This document shows positions 41,700 through 56,364 of a stretch of 64,000 nt of DNA, piece after piece. The DNA is taken from the NCBI RefSeq assembly GCF_009914755.1, contig NC_060932.1; one strand, written 5' to 3'. Each line of letters starts with the position of its first letter. Position 1 is the first letter of the stretch. The stretch is from the human T2T-CHM13v2.0 reference genome, Homo sapiens. The translations under genes were made by a program, and so were the position numbers. The notes beneath the pieces are model-generated. The model saw only the letters and a list, made by a program, of their open reading frames with translations, had not been told where the DNA came from and did not search any database.

Positions 41700-43980
41700 A
41701 TAAATTTGGGGGCTGTTTTAGCTCAAAGAGACAGAGATAGAAAATTTCTTCCATACTCACAACAAGACAAAAAGTTGGATAAATGACTAATGACTTAAAT
41801 CATCAGAGAACTGAGGTCACAGGACAAACGACTAATCAGAATTCTGGTGAGGGAGAGGTACTTCCAGGGAGAAACTAGACCTGTGCCTTTGCTTACCTGG
41901 AGCAGATGCCTTCTTGACGCTAAATAAACTAGTTAAAAGATTTGGCAACGAGTTTTTCTTTTAACAAATTGCTTAAGATGTGGGCTAGGAGAATGTGAAG
42001 CCACTAAGGGACACTGTCATAGAAAGGTTTGCACCCTCTTGCAGGCTTTTCCTTCATGAACTCCACCAGAAGCTCACAAAGAGCATTCTGAGAAAGCTTC
42101 CCCAGTACCAGCTGAAGCGAAACAGCAAGAAATGAAGAAGAATCTCCACTCAGGTGCATCTCTCCTCACTCTCCTAGGACAAAAGGCTAAAGAAAAAAGC
42201 AGCGTTTGTGTTCTAAAGCACAAACACTGCTTTAGGATGCTGGCGAACTCCATGGCAGCTGGGAGTAAAGATTGAGTGAAAATGCTTTCACCAGGAAGGG
42301 GCAGGAATATGTGTTAGGTCAACAACTACTGTACTTGGAGAAAAGGCAGGAACACTTGCTAAAGATCACAGTCCTGAGAACTAAGGTCATAGAGCCTTCC
42401 TAAAACTGGTTTAATCGCAACATCAGAAAATTCCCTCCCCTTCCAGTCTGAGATCCTGTTACCACACTGACAGCATCAATGCAGTTGTGAGAGTTGCAAG
42501 CAACAGAGGTTTTTTTCGTGGAAGAGTGGAAAGAGGAGACCTGAAGCCAACCAAGTTGCATAAATGTAAAACAAAACAGAGCAAAAACACCCCTAGGAAA
42601 TTAGTTCATTTTCAGTGTGAGGGTTTATGTTAATCTAGTTAGAAATTGAGTTGGGTTTCAACTTTGTTTTTGCTATGGCCTCCTTCAGTGTACCACAAAC
42701 TCCACGGCTCCTAGGAGAAATGGAGATCCTGAGGTTGGGGCAAAGACAGTACAGAGGAAACTGAAATATACTTGAGTGCCAGAAAGTGAGCAAATGTTTA
42801 AAAATGGCTGAGAGGAATCAATGTGTTCATGAAATATCCTAATTAAAAGGGATATTTAGGGCCAGAGGAGGGGGTGGGTTGGGCCATGAGGATATTACTT
42901 GGAAAAGTAATCAATGGCCAATGCTGGAACAATGTGAGAAAATGATAACTGATCATTTTATTAGATTATAAGTAAAAAATATAATAAATGAATAAATATA
43001 TGAGAAAAAGAATAATTAAGTAAATGGGAATTAATAACTAAATAAATTTGAAAGAAGAACCAAATAACCTTTACAGAAAAATTTTAGTTAAAAAAGCTAG
43101 AAGAAATGGTGAGAAACAGAAAAATCACAATTTAAATAGCACAGTAAGAATTGCTGCAGGCAGGATCCATAGAAAAATACAGAAAATTACTGGAGAAACC
43201 CTAAGGAGAAATATGATATTTACAGATTTTCACTGTATCTTCCACAAAATATTTATTCATTAGTATGGTGATTTTAACATATGTCCACAAATTCTTTGAT
43301 AGTTCTACCTGTCTACCTCTTCGGGAGGTAAAACTTAAGTGGTAGATTTAGTGACTCCTTTCTAAAATACAGATTATGCAAGCAGGAACATAATGACTTT
43401 ACAGTGGTGAGACCTTGCAGACAGCATATTAAGCTTGTGATCCACGTTAAATTCACCTCTGGTAACTTACATTGATATCATGCGCTCCTCTACTGTCATA
43501 TAATTAAAAATTTACTTTACTTCTCTAGTATTCTCCTCACCAAATCCATAAATCCAGTCCAATCATGAGAAAACATTAAAAAACATAAAGTTACATGACA
43601 TTCTTTAAAATGCTTGACCAGTACTCTTCAGAGGTGTCAAGGTCAGGAGAAAAAAGAAAGAAATGATCTAAAAATCGTGACAGATTGAAGATGTTGAGAA
43701 TATATGACTAATAAAGTCAACATGGTATTTTGAATAGTATCCTGTAACAGAGAAGCCCATTAGTGGAAACATGGAGGGAATTCAAATAAACATGTCTAAT
43801 TTAGTTAATGGAATTGTACCAATGTCAATTTATTAGCTTTGATATATTAACCATGGTTATGTAAGATGTCAACATTAGTTGATATTTGGTAAAAGATGTA
43901 TGGGAAATCTCTGTACTGTCTTTGCAACTCTTCTGTCATTCCGAATTATTTCTATTTAAATTATTCATGAAAATGAATAA
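41700..43980 (+). mobile_element. Old L1MC-type fragments (5' region, then 3' end)
   Basis: CATCAGAGAACTGAGGTCACAGGACAAAC (5' motif); CAGTCCAATCATGAGAAAACAT and CTCTGTACTGTCTTTGCAACTCTTCTGT (L1MC 3' end). Confidence 0.7.
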
Positions 43981-44385
43981 ATGGTCTTTTGATAATATGA
44001 CTGCCTTAAAATCCTTAAGAATAATTACTTTGATGAGTGTAAGTAGAAATCCTGCTTCACACTAGTGGACTTATGCTCACTGAGTTAGACACTTAGGATA
44101 AAACCTTGAAAGAGTAGGAGAAAAGTGTTACTGAGAATCGAAAATGTGAGCTCAAGGTCATTAATATATTACTTCCATACAAATCACTACCAATTAGAAT
44201 GAGTAACCTATCTGAAATTGGTCAATATTTTGGTGTATTTTATTTTTTCATTCAAAAGTATATTCTTAAACCTGTAATTTAAAAATATTTATTTAGACCA
44301 CTAGGATGTTTAAGTACTATACAAAAATATATTATTTTATGTGTAAACATGCATAATTTCATTTGTATTAATCAAAAAGATAAAT

Positions 44386-44991
44386 TGTGATAGGCAGAAT
44401 TCTACAACAACCATAAGCTTCCCTACATTCTGGTATACAAACACTTCCCCCACTCAATCAAACACTAATCTAGGTGCTCTGTAAAAGATTTTACAGATGT
44501 AATTAATGTCCCAAATCAGTTGCCTTTAAATTAGGAAGATTGTCTTCACTGGGCTTTATCTAACTGGGTGATCCCTAAAAAGGCACTATACTATTCCTTG
44601 AGAGAGAGTCAAATCATGAGAGGAATTTGACAAAAGGTCATTATCTATTGGTGGTTCTGAAGATAGAGCAGAGAAAGCTGGCAGTTTCTAGGAGCTGAGA
44701 GTAGATCCCACTGACACCACACAAGGAATCAGGAATATCAGTCATTCAATTGCAAGGAACTGAGCTCTGCAAATATCAAGAACGAAGTTGGGAGAGAATT
44801 TTCCTCAGGAACTCCACATGGGAACTCAGCCTGGCTTACACATTGACTTTAGCCCTGTTGTACCCTTAGCAGAGAAACTACTCAGGCTGCACTGGGCTTC
44901 TGACCTAGAGAACCATGAGCAGATAAATGGGTGTTGCATTAAGCCACAATGTTTGTGGTAACTTGTTACACAGCAATAGAAAACAAATATA
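44386..44991 (+). mobile_element. MLT1E-like solo LTR
   Basis: TGTGATAGGCAGAATTCTA start; AAACACTAATCTAGGTG; end GTTTGTGGTAACTTGTTACACAGCAATAGAAAAC. Confidence 0.82.
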
Positions 44992-47774
44992 ATGAACAGT
45001 AAGAGTAGATCTGTTTAAGAGCAAACATATGATACGAGGGCTTACTAATGAAATGTGCAGTCTCTTACCAATTTTAGTATCATTTTGTATTTTGTTTTCA
45101 TTACTGATTTTGGAAAACATGGTGATTCACATACATGAAGTGTTCTAAATCTTACTTTTGTTTTTACTATTGTTTCACTGTTCACATAACTACTTCATGA
45201 TCCTCTTCAATTAAAATGATCTCAAAGCTTGAAAAAAAACAGACGTAGAATGCTTTATCAAAGTTAGACTATGAAAAACAAATCTCACCATCCTCATGTA
45301 TACATATACACAAATTTTATAAGTATTGAGATATATCATGCAAAACTTACAATAAGCAGTAAAACTGTATAGCATATTATCTTGTCCTTTTATGCGTAAG
45401 CTTATCTTGCAAAACTTACTATTATAGCATTCTGATCTGAAATGTTGTATACAAATCTCGCATAATTTCTCAGGACTTTAAAACATCAGTCAAAAGATCT
45501 GAAGAGTTTGAAGTCATTTTCAACATATGTAGATGCTAACAATATATTACATAATGTGCTTATTATATTTAAATGGGAAGTTTTGCATGTATTTTTGAAA
45601 GTCAATACAGAGCCAACAACTTCATAGTCAATTACTTATTTATAAAAATGAAAAGCTTAAATATATATCCATTGTTGGCAGAAGACTGTTTATTCCACAC
45701 AAGTCCACAAATATATTGAATTAACTGCATAAGTAAAAAAATAATGTGAGCCATCAGTGTCTGAAAATTTGGTATCTATGGTATAATTGAGTGAATTCGT
45801 TTTTAATTATAGTTTTTAACAAAATTTTAAAATGCAATTTAATCAAGTATTGTAGATCCCCTGAATCTTTTTCATGTAAATGCATTTTTAAAAATCATTG
45901 ACTTAAGCCATGTAGACTATAAACCCAAACCATAACTTCAGGAGCCCTGGAATGAATTATTGACTAAGCATGGATCACTGAACAAGAGCTGAAAAACCTC
46001 AAGGGACAAAATGAACCCTTGTAGGTAAAAGATGGGTATCTAAACAACAGAGCAGATGGCTGCTCTCTTGCTGGTGATTTCCAGGGTCAATTCCTGTATA
46101 ATCTTCATATCCCTAAAATTCACAACATTCTGCATATTTATCTTTTATCTCTCCTATGTAAATTTGTTTCATTTCTTACAGCTTAGCCATAACTGTTTTT
46201 GAAAACGTCTTAAGATTCTCCTAATAGAAACATTTTTATGGTTTTACTTTAAGATAGCAATTCTTTTCTAAATTTAAATGTGCTAGATTATTCTGCATTT
46301 TCGTAATACACATTTCTCATGTCTTTGATTATTCTCAACACCAATGATGTCGGCATTGTCACAACTGTCTTAGCTTGATTTGTATAATGTGAGGACCAAA
46401 TTCTAAAGCACTCACATGTGGAAATTAAAATATGAATGTAAAAAGTTTGTACTAGTATGGTATCATGAACCTATGGGTAAGGTAGACCACTAATGTGCAA
46501 TTCTATCAGGTCTAAGTGGCCAATAAATATTATTAATCTCCCATCATAAAGGGTCAGGGTAAAAAATAGAATGAGCATTTTCATATGCCAGATATATCCC
46601 CAAAATAATTCACTGGTCATTTGGAGAGGGAACAGATTCATATATGGACTTCTGAAGCTCCTGATGAAGAAATAGAGAAATAAGAAGAATGAGTGTGCTT
46701 TGTGGAAATCTTGACAAAATATAGCATGGACTGCCTTCAACACAGCAGGCAGAGTAAACCTTCACAGAGTAAATGATACCATGTTATTGTCCCACTAAAA
46801 ACTCAACCTTTCCTGTTTTACTTTTCGTGAAATCTGAAATCTCCACAATGTCTACAATACCCTATGTGATCCTCTCCCCTCCCCATTCTCAGATCTTCCT
46901 TCTTCACTCCACTCCAGTTGCACCAGCTTTGTAATTGTTTCCCAAACATACCAGAGATATGTTTACCTTAGGACCTTTGTACCAACTATTATCTCTGCCT
47001 TGAACACTTTCCCTTCAGAACATTATTTTTAACTCCCTCATTTCCTTATGATATTGGTTCAGCTCTTACATTCTCAGTGAGCCCTATTCTAATTTCCCTA
47101 TTTAAAATTAGAAAATGTTAATAACATACTGTTCTCTGGCATCCTAAATTCCTTTTCCATTCCTGTATTTTTCTTTTTCTTTTCTTTCTCTTTAACTTTC
47201 CTCTCAATAGCACTTCTCTTAACATGCTGTGCACATGAAAATTGCCACGATTGATCATTTTTATTTACTGTACTTAAGTTATAGGTTCTCTAAAGACATC
47301 TATCTCAGGTATGTTAGAATTCTTTTGATTACAAGTGAAAAATAGCTTAAGAAAATATATCAATAAAGATATTTAGAATTTTTTTATATATCCAGATAAT
47401 CCAGATTTAAACATTATATTTGCAAGTCAAATCAATTTATGATTGTTTTTGCTCAACCTTTTACTGGACTATCTAATTGTTTTGGCATCTTTCAATCAGG
47501 CAGCATGTAGAAAAATTTAACCACAGCACCTCTTACTCCACATACTTTTAGCTTTAAAGAGAGAGAAAGATAATATATGTTTTTCAGTATCTTTTGAAAA
47601 TATTCTAAGATTTATTACAATTAGGTTTACCTGTGAGTCAATCATCATGGCTATTACAATGCAATGTACAGATTGGCTTAGATTAGTGTAATTATTTTTA
47701 ATATCTGGATAAGCCATGAAACCCCATTCAGAGCACCAGGCTATGAGTAATGGACACACGATCATAAATAAAAA

Positions 47775-48360
47775 TTGGGGAGTATGTCATTTTTTTTACC
47801 TACTGCCTCTCAGGCCCATTCCTACCTTTCTGTGCTCTGCTTTCTATTTCAAAGCCTGGGGCCATGCAAACTGTATTTCCAAGACTCAGCTGCCAGCTGG
47901 CTTCCAGTAAAGTTTGATTAATGGATGGCATCAATGGGGGATTAGTAGGGAGAAGATGAGATCCAAACATTGCTTTTCATCTCTTTGCCTCTTAAAAACT
48001 CAAACAAAAACAGGTGGCAAAGTCTCCAGAAGCCATCAGCAATTCTTTCGAAAAAATCAAGTGGTGATTGATAGTGGCTGATGGAGGACATAGGCTCCAA
48101 AAATATCAGCAGTAAAAGAATGGATCAAACAGTGGAAGCAACAGCAGTTCTATTTGTATAGGATAAGCAAGAAGTACAATTATATGCTGTGATAACTTCC
48201 TTATTTCCCTTCTAGTCTTAAAGTTGCTAATGACTTCCTGTAGTTTCTAATATTTGAGTTGCCTTTCCTTCCTATTTGTGCACTCTCAGTCTTCAAACGC
48301 TCTTGTAACCAGCTCCTTTTTTTGAAATGCACAGCATGTTTCCTCTTTTCATACTGGTGC
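47775..48360 (+). mobile_element. ERVL LTR (LTR33-like)
   Basis: GCAAACTGTATTTCCAAGACTCAGCTGCCAGCTGGCTTCCAGTAAAGTTTG resembles LTR33. Confidence 0.6.
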
Positions 48361-49114
48361 AGAAGGTGTTCCTAGTTATCAGCATAATGAATATCTAGTA
48401 GAGACTAACAATAAAGCTTCTCCAGTTTGTTTACTAGGAAGAATTGATATGGGAAGCATTTCTTTTCACTTCTCAGATTTCACAAATGAAAGCATTTGAA
48501 GGCTGAATTTCAAAGATCTGTAGAACTATTGGTATCTGTTATTATCATCTTTTTTTTTCTGGATATGATAAGACAGATCTAATACTATAATACTGTGTGA
48601 CATGTTTAATTGCAGGTTTTTAAGTACTATATTGGCAATAGAGTCTACCTATAATTTTATATTTCAGACAAATTTTAGTTTTTCTGTTGATGGCACATCA
48701 AAAAGACTATGTTTGAGCAACTTTTCAGTAATAAACTCTCTTCTTCATACTTGCAAATAAAGGTAAACTTCTAGAGAATCAGTTTGAACCAGAGACAGAA
48801 AATGAACTAGGGATTTGGTTTACCAGGCTGTTACAGGAGAGTTCATGTTTTCATAGTTTATGATTAAGATTTAATACTAACAAGATTAAGTCTCATTTGA
48901 TTTTAAATCTCATAATAGCCAAAATATTTTATAATTATAGCTTAGATTTTTTGACACATTTATAAAACCAATGATCCTGTTTTTGTAATTATAAGAAAAG
49001 AAAAATTATGTCTTGCCTAAGAAGATGTACACTTTAAAATATTGTATACAATATTTTCGATATATTGGTTACCTATTCATTTTAATAAATATAATAACAA
49101 TTATTGGTAGTAAC

Positions 49115-49652
49115 ACTGATTAATTAGTGAGCAATTTAAGGAAGACAGACTTGGACAGTAATGAAATAATATCTTGTTAGATCAAGTTTATTACTTGTAT
49201 AGACAGCAAAAGCAAGATAAACACAGGTGACAGTTCCCTGCCATATCTCTTGTCTCACAGGATGACACGGAAACAAAAGAGGCCAGATGACATGGCAATT
49301 AAGCACAAGCAGTTGGGCATGTGTTTTTGAGGAATTAATTCTTTGCTACAGCTAAGCAGTTTTATAGCCTGCAGCTGCACCCTAAAATGAGCAAGGCAGT
49401 AAGTCTCCTATCTCATCAAAACTCTGGAGGTGATAAGAAACTGTGTCACGACAGCTGCCTGGGAGTAGATAGAGTAGAGTGAGAAATAGCCTTGCAGCAG
49501 CTCCTCACTAACCACCTATATTTTCACATTCTGGGAAGATTACTGGGTGTTCTGCCAAGGCTCATGTCAGCTGTGATTAAGCCTTGCCTAGATTGTGTAT
49601 GTGGAGACATGCAATGTCAACAGGGCAACACAGCAGAGCCATTCCCCTACCA
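49115..49652 (-). mobile_element. Old ERV LTR (subfamily not assigned)
   Basis: Antisense poly-A signal (AAGTTTATTAC) and TATA-like (TTTTATAG) arrangement in a GC-richer block ending CATTCCCCTACCA. Confidence 0.45.
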
Positions 49653-50276
49653 AAATTACAAATATTACCGAATTAAATAATGTGTTCTATGATTAGAACC
49701 AATTACACCTGGGGAGATATGATACATCTGTGTATATTTCAGATTGGTCAGTTTTTGGTTAAAGGGATATTCCATCTTAGATGTTCTTCATCTTTATTTA
49801 TCTGGTTATTAAATCATTAGCATCAGTATAACTTGCTGAAATAAACTTTTCACCTTGCTTTTGAGGGGGTATTATTAGGTTCTACAAAGAGCTTTTTGGC
49901 TCTTAAATGCCCTTCATGCTAGCCTTAAAGAAGGGCTGTGCAGATCTATGCTGAAGGACAACATGGGTCATTATAAAACCTATAAAGTTATAAATGTCAA
50001 GGAGATTGAAAAATAAGTGCTGATGAATATATTGTGTTCATTTGATTTCTCTATTCTAAAGCATAGTAGGCAACTTGTAAGACTTTGAGGAACTTTGTCT
50101 TTTGTTAAACACACACACACACACAGAGTTTCCACATATATCTAATCCATACAGGATTTGGACTAAATTTTATCTCTTTTCAGATCCCTTCTGATTCCAG
50201 AAAGTAGAGATGGGCTCTTCTTTCACTAAATCGCTAAAAGCCATGTGCTTGTTTAGGAGTCGAAGAAGACAGAGTG

Positions 50277-50277
<1 letters not shown>

Positions 50278-50316
<39 letters not shown>
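50278..50316. repeat. (ATT)13 microsatellite
   Basis: Perfect run; it produces the poly-Leu in ORF 50210..50560. Confidence 0.95.
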
Positions 50317-50519
50317 TCTGAGTCAAAGTAGACAGCGTTCAGCTTTTTGGAGGAGCTTTGATTACAGGCCATTATATCCACTTGATTATGCAAAGGCATT
50401 CAAGATTACCTCCTTTCAGTGTATTATTGAGTTGAAGACCCAGGTAATTTTATTATGTTATTTTGTTCTAAAAAAACAAAAACAAAACAAAACACAAACA
50501 AACAACAACAAAAAACAAA

Positions 50520-50636
50520 ACCAGGTACAGTGGCTCATGACTTTAATTTCACTGATTTAGAAGGCTGAGACTGAAGGATGCCTTAAGCCCAGGAGTTTGA
50601 GATCAGCCTGATCAACATGCTGCCGTCTCTACAAAA
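50520..50636 (+). mobile_element. Alu left-monomer/FLAM fragment
   Basis: CAGTGGCTCATG...AAGCCCAGGAGTTTGAGATCAGCCTG...TCTCTACAAAA. Confidence 0.7.
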
Positions 50637-52063
50637 TAGGAGTTAAGTATATCATTGTTGGTTAGGCCGAAATTATTATTTACTTAGTTACACTTTAATA
50701 CCACCCACAATAATAATTCTCAACATGTAGCACTTTATGGGTCCCCTCAGCTGGTAAAACTGAAAAATTCTACAGCTTTGAAAACTAAAAATTCTACAGC
50801 TGAACTTCTTGTGGGCAAAGACTTTCAAATAGATGATGCTCATCAATTACAAAAAAAAATTTAGCAGATGGTACACATTCATTTTCAGAATAGGAGTTTT
50901 CTTTTGAAAATGAGTAAAGGACTTTGAAGAATTCTCAAAATTTGGAATCAACTTCCCTCTACATGGGCAGAATGTTTTACAAGTTGAGGGCATTTCTCTT
51001 TCATATTTATTGATGCTGTTGTTTCGTGAGTTGTTTATGGCCAGAATTCATTTTCAGAATTGATGTAGGTATATAAGGATTTAAGAAGAACATTGTACTG
51101 TCCTTTATATTTATGTGTTCAACACTGAGAGGCGGGACCACATTAGTTAACTCAGTGTGCCTTTTTCTCCCAATTGAGTTTTAATTTTCCAAGAGATAAA
51201 ATCCATAAAATGGGCATGAATCAACTAGCTCTGAGGAAAAATAAAAAACAAAAACATTTCTTAATTTCTTTCTGCCATCTTTCCCTATCTAATTTTTCTA
51301 AATAACTCTAATATTCTATTATGACTTATAATTAGTAATGCTTTTATATCTCTATTTATTTATAATTATATAATTATAAATTGATGGCTTAAATAATTAA
51401 GAAACACTTGATGAAAATTTACTATATCTTGAGCATTGTTTGTTATACTAGATGAAAAATGATAGAAAAAATGATTTAGTAGGGAAAGGCAATAAAAAGT
51501 CAGATAAGTTATAAAATGTGACACAATAAAAAGAAAGTATTTTCTGTGGGAGCATCAGATCAAGGATTCATGGATTCAAAACTTCAATCCTTAGTAGTTA
51601 GATAGAGAAACAGCAACCAGAAAGGAGATACGCAAGAGGCAAACAGAAATGTTGTTGTCATGGATACCAAAATGAAATAGTGTATCATGAAGGATACTAT
51701 GCATACATCTTTCAAATGATGCAGAAATTTCTTTTAAGATGAAGAATAAACATTAACCGTCAAATTCAGCAACATGAACATCATAATTTACTTTTAAATA
51801 AATATACTTCTTTTGGATAGTGGAAACTAGATTGGAGAGGACTAAAAGAATGGATGACAACAAAATAAAGAAGTAATTTGTAGACGACTTCATCAAGAAT
51901 CTTCGTTTTTTTTGCACAGGATGGTAGAGACACAAGGCAATAGCTGTAGACAAAGTCAGGAATCAAGGCAATTCTTTTTTTTTTTTTTAAGATGGACGAC
52001 AATTGTCACATGTTTAAATACTATTTAGAACGGGTTAGTAGATATGAAAATGCAGTGGAATTA

Positions 52064-52301
52064 CACCTGACCCTTGATTAATACAGGTTTGAACTGCGTG
52101 TGTCCATTTATATGTGAATTTTTTTCAACCAAAGGCAAATTGAAAATGCAACATTAATGGGATGTGATACCCCATATACCAAGGGCTGACTTTCTATTTA
52201 TGCAGGTTCCAAGGGATCATCTGCAAGACTTGAGTATATGTAGATTTCAGTATATATAGGGGTTTTCGAACCAATCCCTCATGTATAGTGAAGGATGTTT
52301 G
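52064..52301. mobile_element. MER8 (Tigger-type MITE), full length
   Basis: 238 bp flanked by TA on both sides; GGTTTGAACTGCGTGTGTCCATTTAT and GAACCAATCCCTC match recalled MER8. Confidence 0.8.
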
Positions 52302-53507
52302 TATAATGTAAATCAAAACAAGATATCACCTTGCACCTGTTAGAATGGCTATTATCAAAAAGATGAAAGATAAGTGTTGGCAAGAATGTGGAGAAAAGGG
52401 AACCTTTATACATTGATGGTGGGAATGCAAATTAGGATAGCCATTAAGAAAAAAAACAGTATGGAGTCTCCTCAAAAAAATTAAAAATAGAACATAGCAG
52501 AATTTAGGAGTGCAATAAAAGAGGGTACCCACAGTCCACTTAGAATGACTGGCCTTAGATTAGAGGAATCAGATTTGTGATAAGAGGAAGAAAAAAGCAT
52601 ACATAGTTTTAATAGTTTTATAGATATGGAATTGGTAAGATGTAGGAGTAATTTTAATGAGTTTTGCTTTCTCAATAAATTGTGGAGCAGAATTGATTAA
52701 ATTTACCCAGGCTTGAGTATTTGTTAGATGAACACATTGGAGCAAAAGAAAGGGAACTGAGGCTTTTTGAGAGGCATTGATTACAGTGATAGATTATTAA
52801 ATCCAAGCATGACAAAGAAAAAACAGCTGTGATTGGTGGTCAAAAATTGGAGGCGATAACTAATCAGAAATCTCAATAAAGCAAAAATATTTAGGAAAAT
52901 CTGTCCAAATGAGCTTTAACTTAGTGTAACTGTGAAGAAAATGTTTAATACTTGATATTACAATTTCACTTTGGTGCCATTTTGTGATGGCTTGTATTAG
53001 AGACCGTGTGTAAGTGACTAGTGTTTAAAAGAGAAATTGGTCATTGGATGTGAGGACTTCCAGGAAACAAATGGATTATTCTTATGAAACAGGCTAAACA
53101 CTAGTAGAAGTGTTGCCTGCTGATTTTCTGTAGTCAGTCAAATGTGGTAAAACCTGTATACCAGTTAGGGACAGCAGGGCCATATATAGTGTATGATGTT
53201 CAAAACTAGACGTCACTGCAACTCGAATATGTGAAAATTTGAGAATTTATAGACATAGTGAAAGTTAGAAGCATAGAACAACAGAGTTTCTATAGATTTG
53301 TATACTATGCTCAGTAATGTAACACCATTTACCAATGAAATAGGTATATAACTTAATAGTACCTTTTAAAAAATCTATCTTGATCAAGTCCTATTTATAG
53401 AACATTTGATTTAGCTTTCACCCAAGTTCAAGAATGAAGAAATGATGGATCTTAAATCAATGTCTTTAATAAAAAGTAATATAATTTAAATATATCTATC
53501 AGATATA

Positions 53508-54045
53508 TCTTGGTTTGAATTAAGGGTAATTTAGCCTCTCAGAGGTCATTTGGCAATGTCTGGATGCTTTGGGTTTTCATAACTTGAGGGGCTGCTGTTC
53601 CTGGTATGTAGTAGGTAGAGATCAGCAATGCTGCTTAATATGGTTTGGCTGTGTCCCCACCCAAATCTCACCATAAATTATAATAATCCCCACATGTCAA
53701 GGGTGAGGCCAGGGGAGATATCTGAATCATGGGGTCGGTTTCCCCATACTGTTCTCATGGTAGTGAATAAGTCTCATGAGGGCTGATGGTTTTATAAATA
53801 GGAGTTTTCCTGCACAAGTTCTCTTGCCTGCCTCCATGTAAGACATGTCTTTCTTCCCCTTCATCTTCCACTATGATTGTGAGGCCTCCCCAGTCATGTG
53901 GAGGTGAGTCAATTAAACCTCTTTTCCTTATAAATCTCCCAGCCTCAGATATGTCTTTATTAGCAGCGTGAGAACAGACTGATACACTGCTAAACATTCT
54001 GCAAGAAACAGAACAGCCCCCACAATAACAAACTATCTGGTAGAA
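53508..54045. mobile_element. MER20 split by a THE1 LTR
   Basis: CATTTGGCAATGTCTGGA...GTAGGTAGAGATCAGCAATGCTGCT | CTGCTAAACATTCTGCAAG...CAGCCCCCACAA. Confidence 0.78.
53636..53986 (+). mobile_element. THE1 solo LTR (THE1C/D-like)
   Basis: ATATGGTTTGGCTGTGTCCCCACCCAAATCTCA start, GAACAGACTGATACA end, 5-bp TSD CTGCT (53631-53635 and 53987-53991). Confidence 0.93.
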
Positions 54046-54099
54046 TATTATTCAGATAAATAATTGTCTGGTGGAATATTGTTTTGTTTTATATGAAAC

Positions 54100-54552
54100 A
54101 ACCAAAAAGGAAATCTTGCCATTTGCAGCAACATGAATAAACTTGGAGGACATTATGTTAAGCAAAATATGCCATGCAGATAAAGACAAATACTGAATGA
54201 TCTCACTTGTAGATGAAAGCTAAAAAAGTCGAATCCACAAAAAGCAGAGCAAAATAATGGATACCAGAGGCTAGGGTGTGGGGAGATGAAGCAGACGTTT
54301 GTCAAGGGATAAAAAATGTTCATATATTGCATGCTATATTGATTATACTTAATAGCAATACATTTTATACTTGACAATTGCTAAGAAGATAGATTTAAAG
54401 TGTTCTCACCACACACATGAAAAACATTATATGAGTAAATGCGTATGTTTAGTAGCTTTATTTAGCCAATCCACAAAGCATACATGTATCAAAACATGTT
54501 GCACACCACAAATACATATAATTTTTTCTTGACAACTACAGAAATAAATAGA
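54100..54552 (+). mobile_element. L1MA 3' end
   Basis: GGAAATCTTGCCATTTGCAGCAACATG...GGAGGACATTATGTTAAG...TGTTCTCACCAC. Confidence 0.8.
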
Positions 54553-56364
54553 AGCAAAATAGTTAATCATAATTTTTAGTAATTTCTTTTATTGTGTTTT
54601 TAAAATGATGTCATTTTGCAATGAATTGGAAATTAAAAAGGAAGAAAGGAAGAAATAAAATAACTGAAACGGAGTCTTCTACCACAGATTATGAGAAAAT
54701 AGAAGCATTAGTATGTGAGATTCTGGGCCCAGAATGGAAGACCATACATAGAGATTCATGAAGAAATTTGCATCATGAGAGTAAGATTATGAGGAGATTC
54801 TAAAGGATAGAAAAGGTGTTATAACTCTTCTAATATTTAGCATTATAAAATTGAAAATAATAGATGCTCGATTGTATTAAACTGTAGTTCAAGTTTTTTC
54901 TTTCTATTCTTTAGTTCCCCTTGCAGTCATCAAATTACCAGCAGTAAGCATCACTGTAATCTTTCGTTAATCAATAAACTACATATTTTATATTATACAC
55001 CAAAGAACTCAATCAAATTAATGGTCAATTCGGATCCCCCAGATCATAAAACTTAGCTACATGCAGTTCTTCTTGTAATGAAACTATTAATACACCAGCA
55101 TCAAGCTGACATTTTATAGAGTTTACTGTACATGTTTCCTTGGAATGAAAATATTCATTGATGTTTCATGCAAGTTTATTGCCCTATTTATAGGCAAAGC
55201 AAAACTCTTGTGTGGCATCCAAGGGTTACTCAGACACTGGGAAAGGTGGGGCTTCCTCTTACCACCCAAATGATGGAAAGTCAATGCTTGCTGTTATACT
55301 GATCCAGAACACTATCTGTTACAGCTAACTAACATTTATAGAGTTCTGAGGCTATAAGAACAAATTCTGCAGCAATTATAGTAAAATTATATATTTATTA
55401 TAAATCGTGAATATATTTCTATCTGCAAGTAATGAACAATCTGAAAAAGAAATCGAGAAAGTAATTACATTTACAAGAGCTAAAAATAAAGTACCTAGGA
55501 ATAAACTTAACCAAAAAAGTGCTTTTCATTTTATTCTCTGCTGAACCTTGGCATCTTCTATCTCCTTATGCTACAGGGAAATTATGGGAAAATTGGAAAA
55601 AATTCTCTATTTTGCTGAAGTTTGCTAAATAACACGTATGCATTGTTTTCAAATATGTCAATTAATTTTCCTGTTTGATTTATATTATTATACTATGGAA
55701 ACATGATAATTATTTCACCAGCCAGACCACAAAACATTCTAAAAACAGAATGACAAGCAGGCAACAGAGCATACTAGATATATATTATGACTACATAAGG
55801 GGCACAAGTAAGATATCATAAGTATTTGTATATTTTACTTTTGTGCCACAATAAATATTGATTGTCTACTCCGGTAAGTTATTAATAGAAATAAAAATAC
55901 ATACATAAGAAATGTTCTCATATTTCTGGAAGTTTTTAACATGAGATGACACACAAATTGCTACAATCATAGAATTTACGTAGTACATGTTTTATGAATA
56001 ATACATTGTTTTATCAATTTCAAAAAGACAATGGTTGTTAGATAAGGCATGACTTGAGTAAGATAAAGGCAATGATTAGGATTTATCCAAGATTTTTAGC
56101 ATACTGATGCATGGACAAAGAAAGTACAAGCAAAGATATTTGGCAGCTAGAAGGTTGTTAAGCTTCTTGTGCACCTTTCTCTTTCACAGGCATACCCATA
56201 CTACATTTATTTTGCTTCCATTCCCAAACAGACACATTGTTTTACACTAATCAGGTTTCAGTACCTTAATATTTGGTCATTTCATGAAGATATGATGGAA
56301 TATCTTTGATATGCTGCTGAATTCCAGTGAGAGGAGTGACACATCCTTGATGGCTATATTAAAT

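Noticed and set aside
50210-50560. 116-aa ORF with a signal-peptide-like poly-Leu
   Set aside because: The Leu run is the (ATT)13 microsatellite, and the end runs through an (AAAAC)n tract into an Alu fragment.
26771-50801. Short local tandem duplications (~26771-26808, ~50756-50801)
   Set aside because: Two-copy slippage duplications with no spacer structure; not CRISPR-like or otherwise organised.
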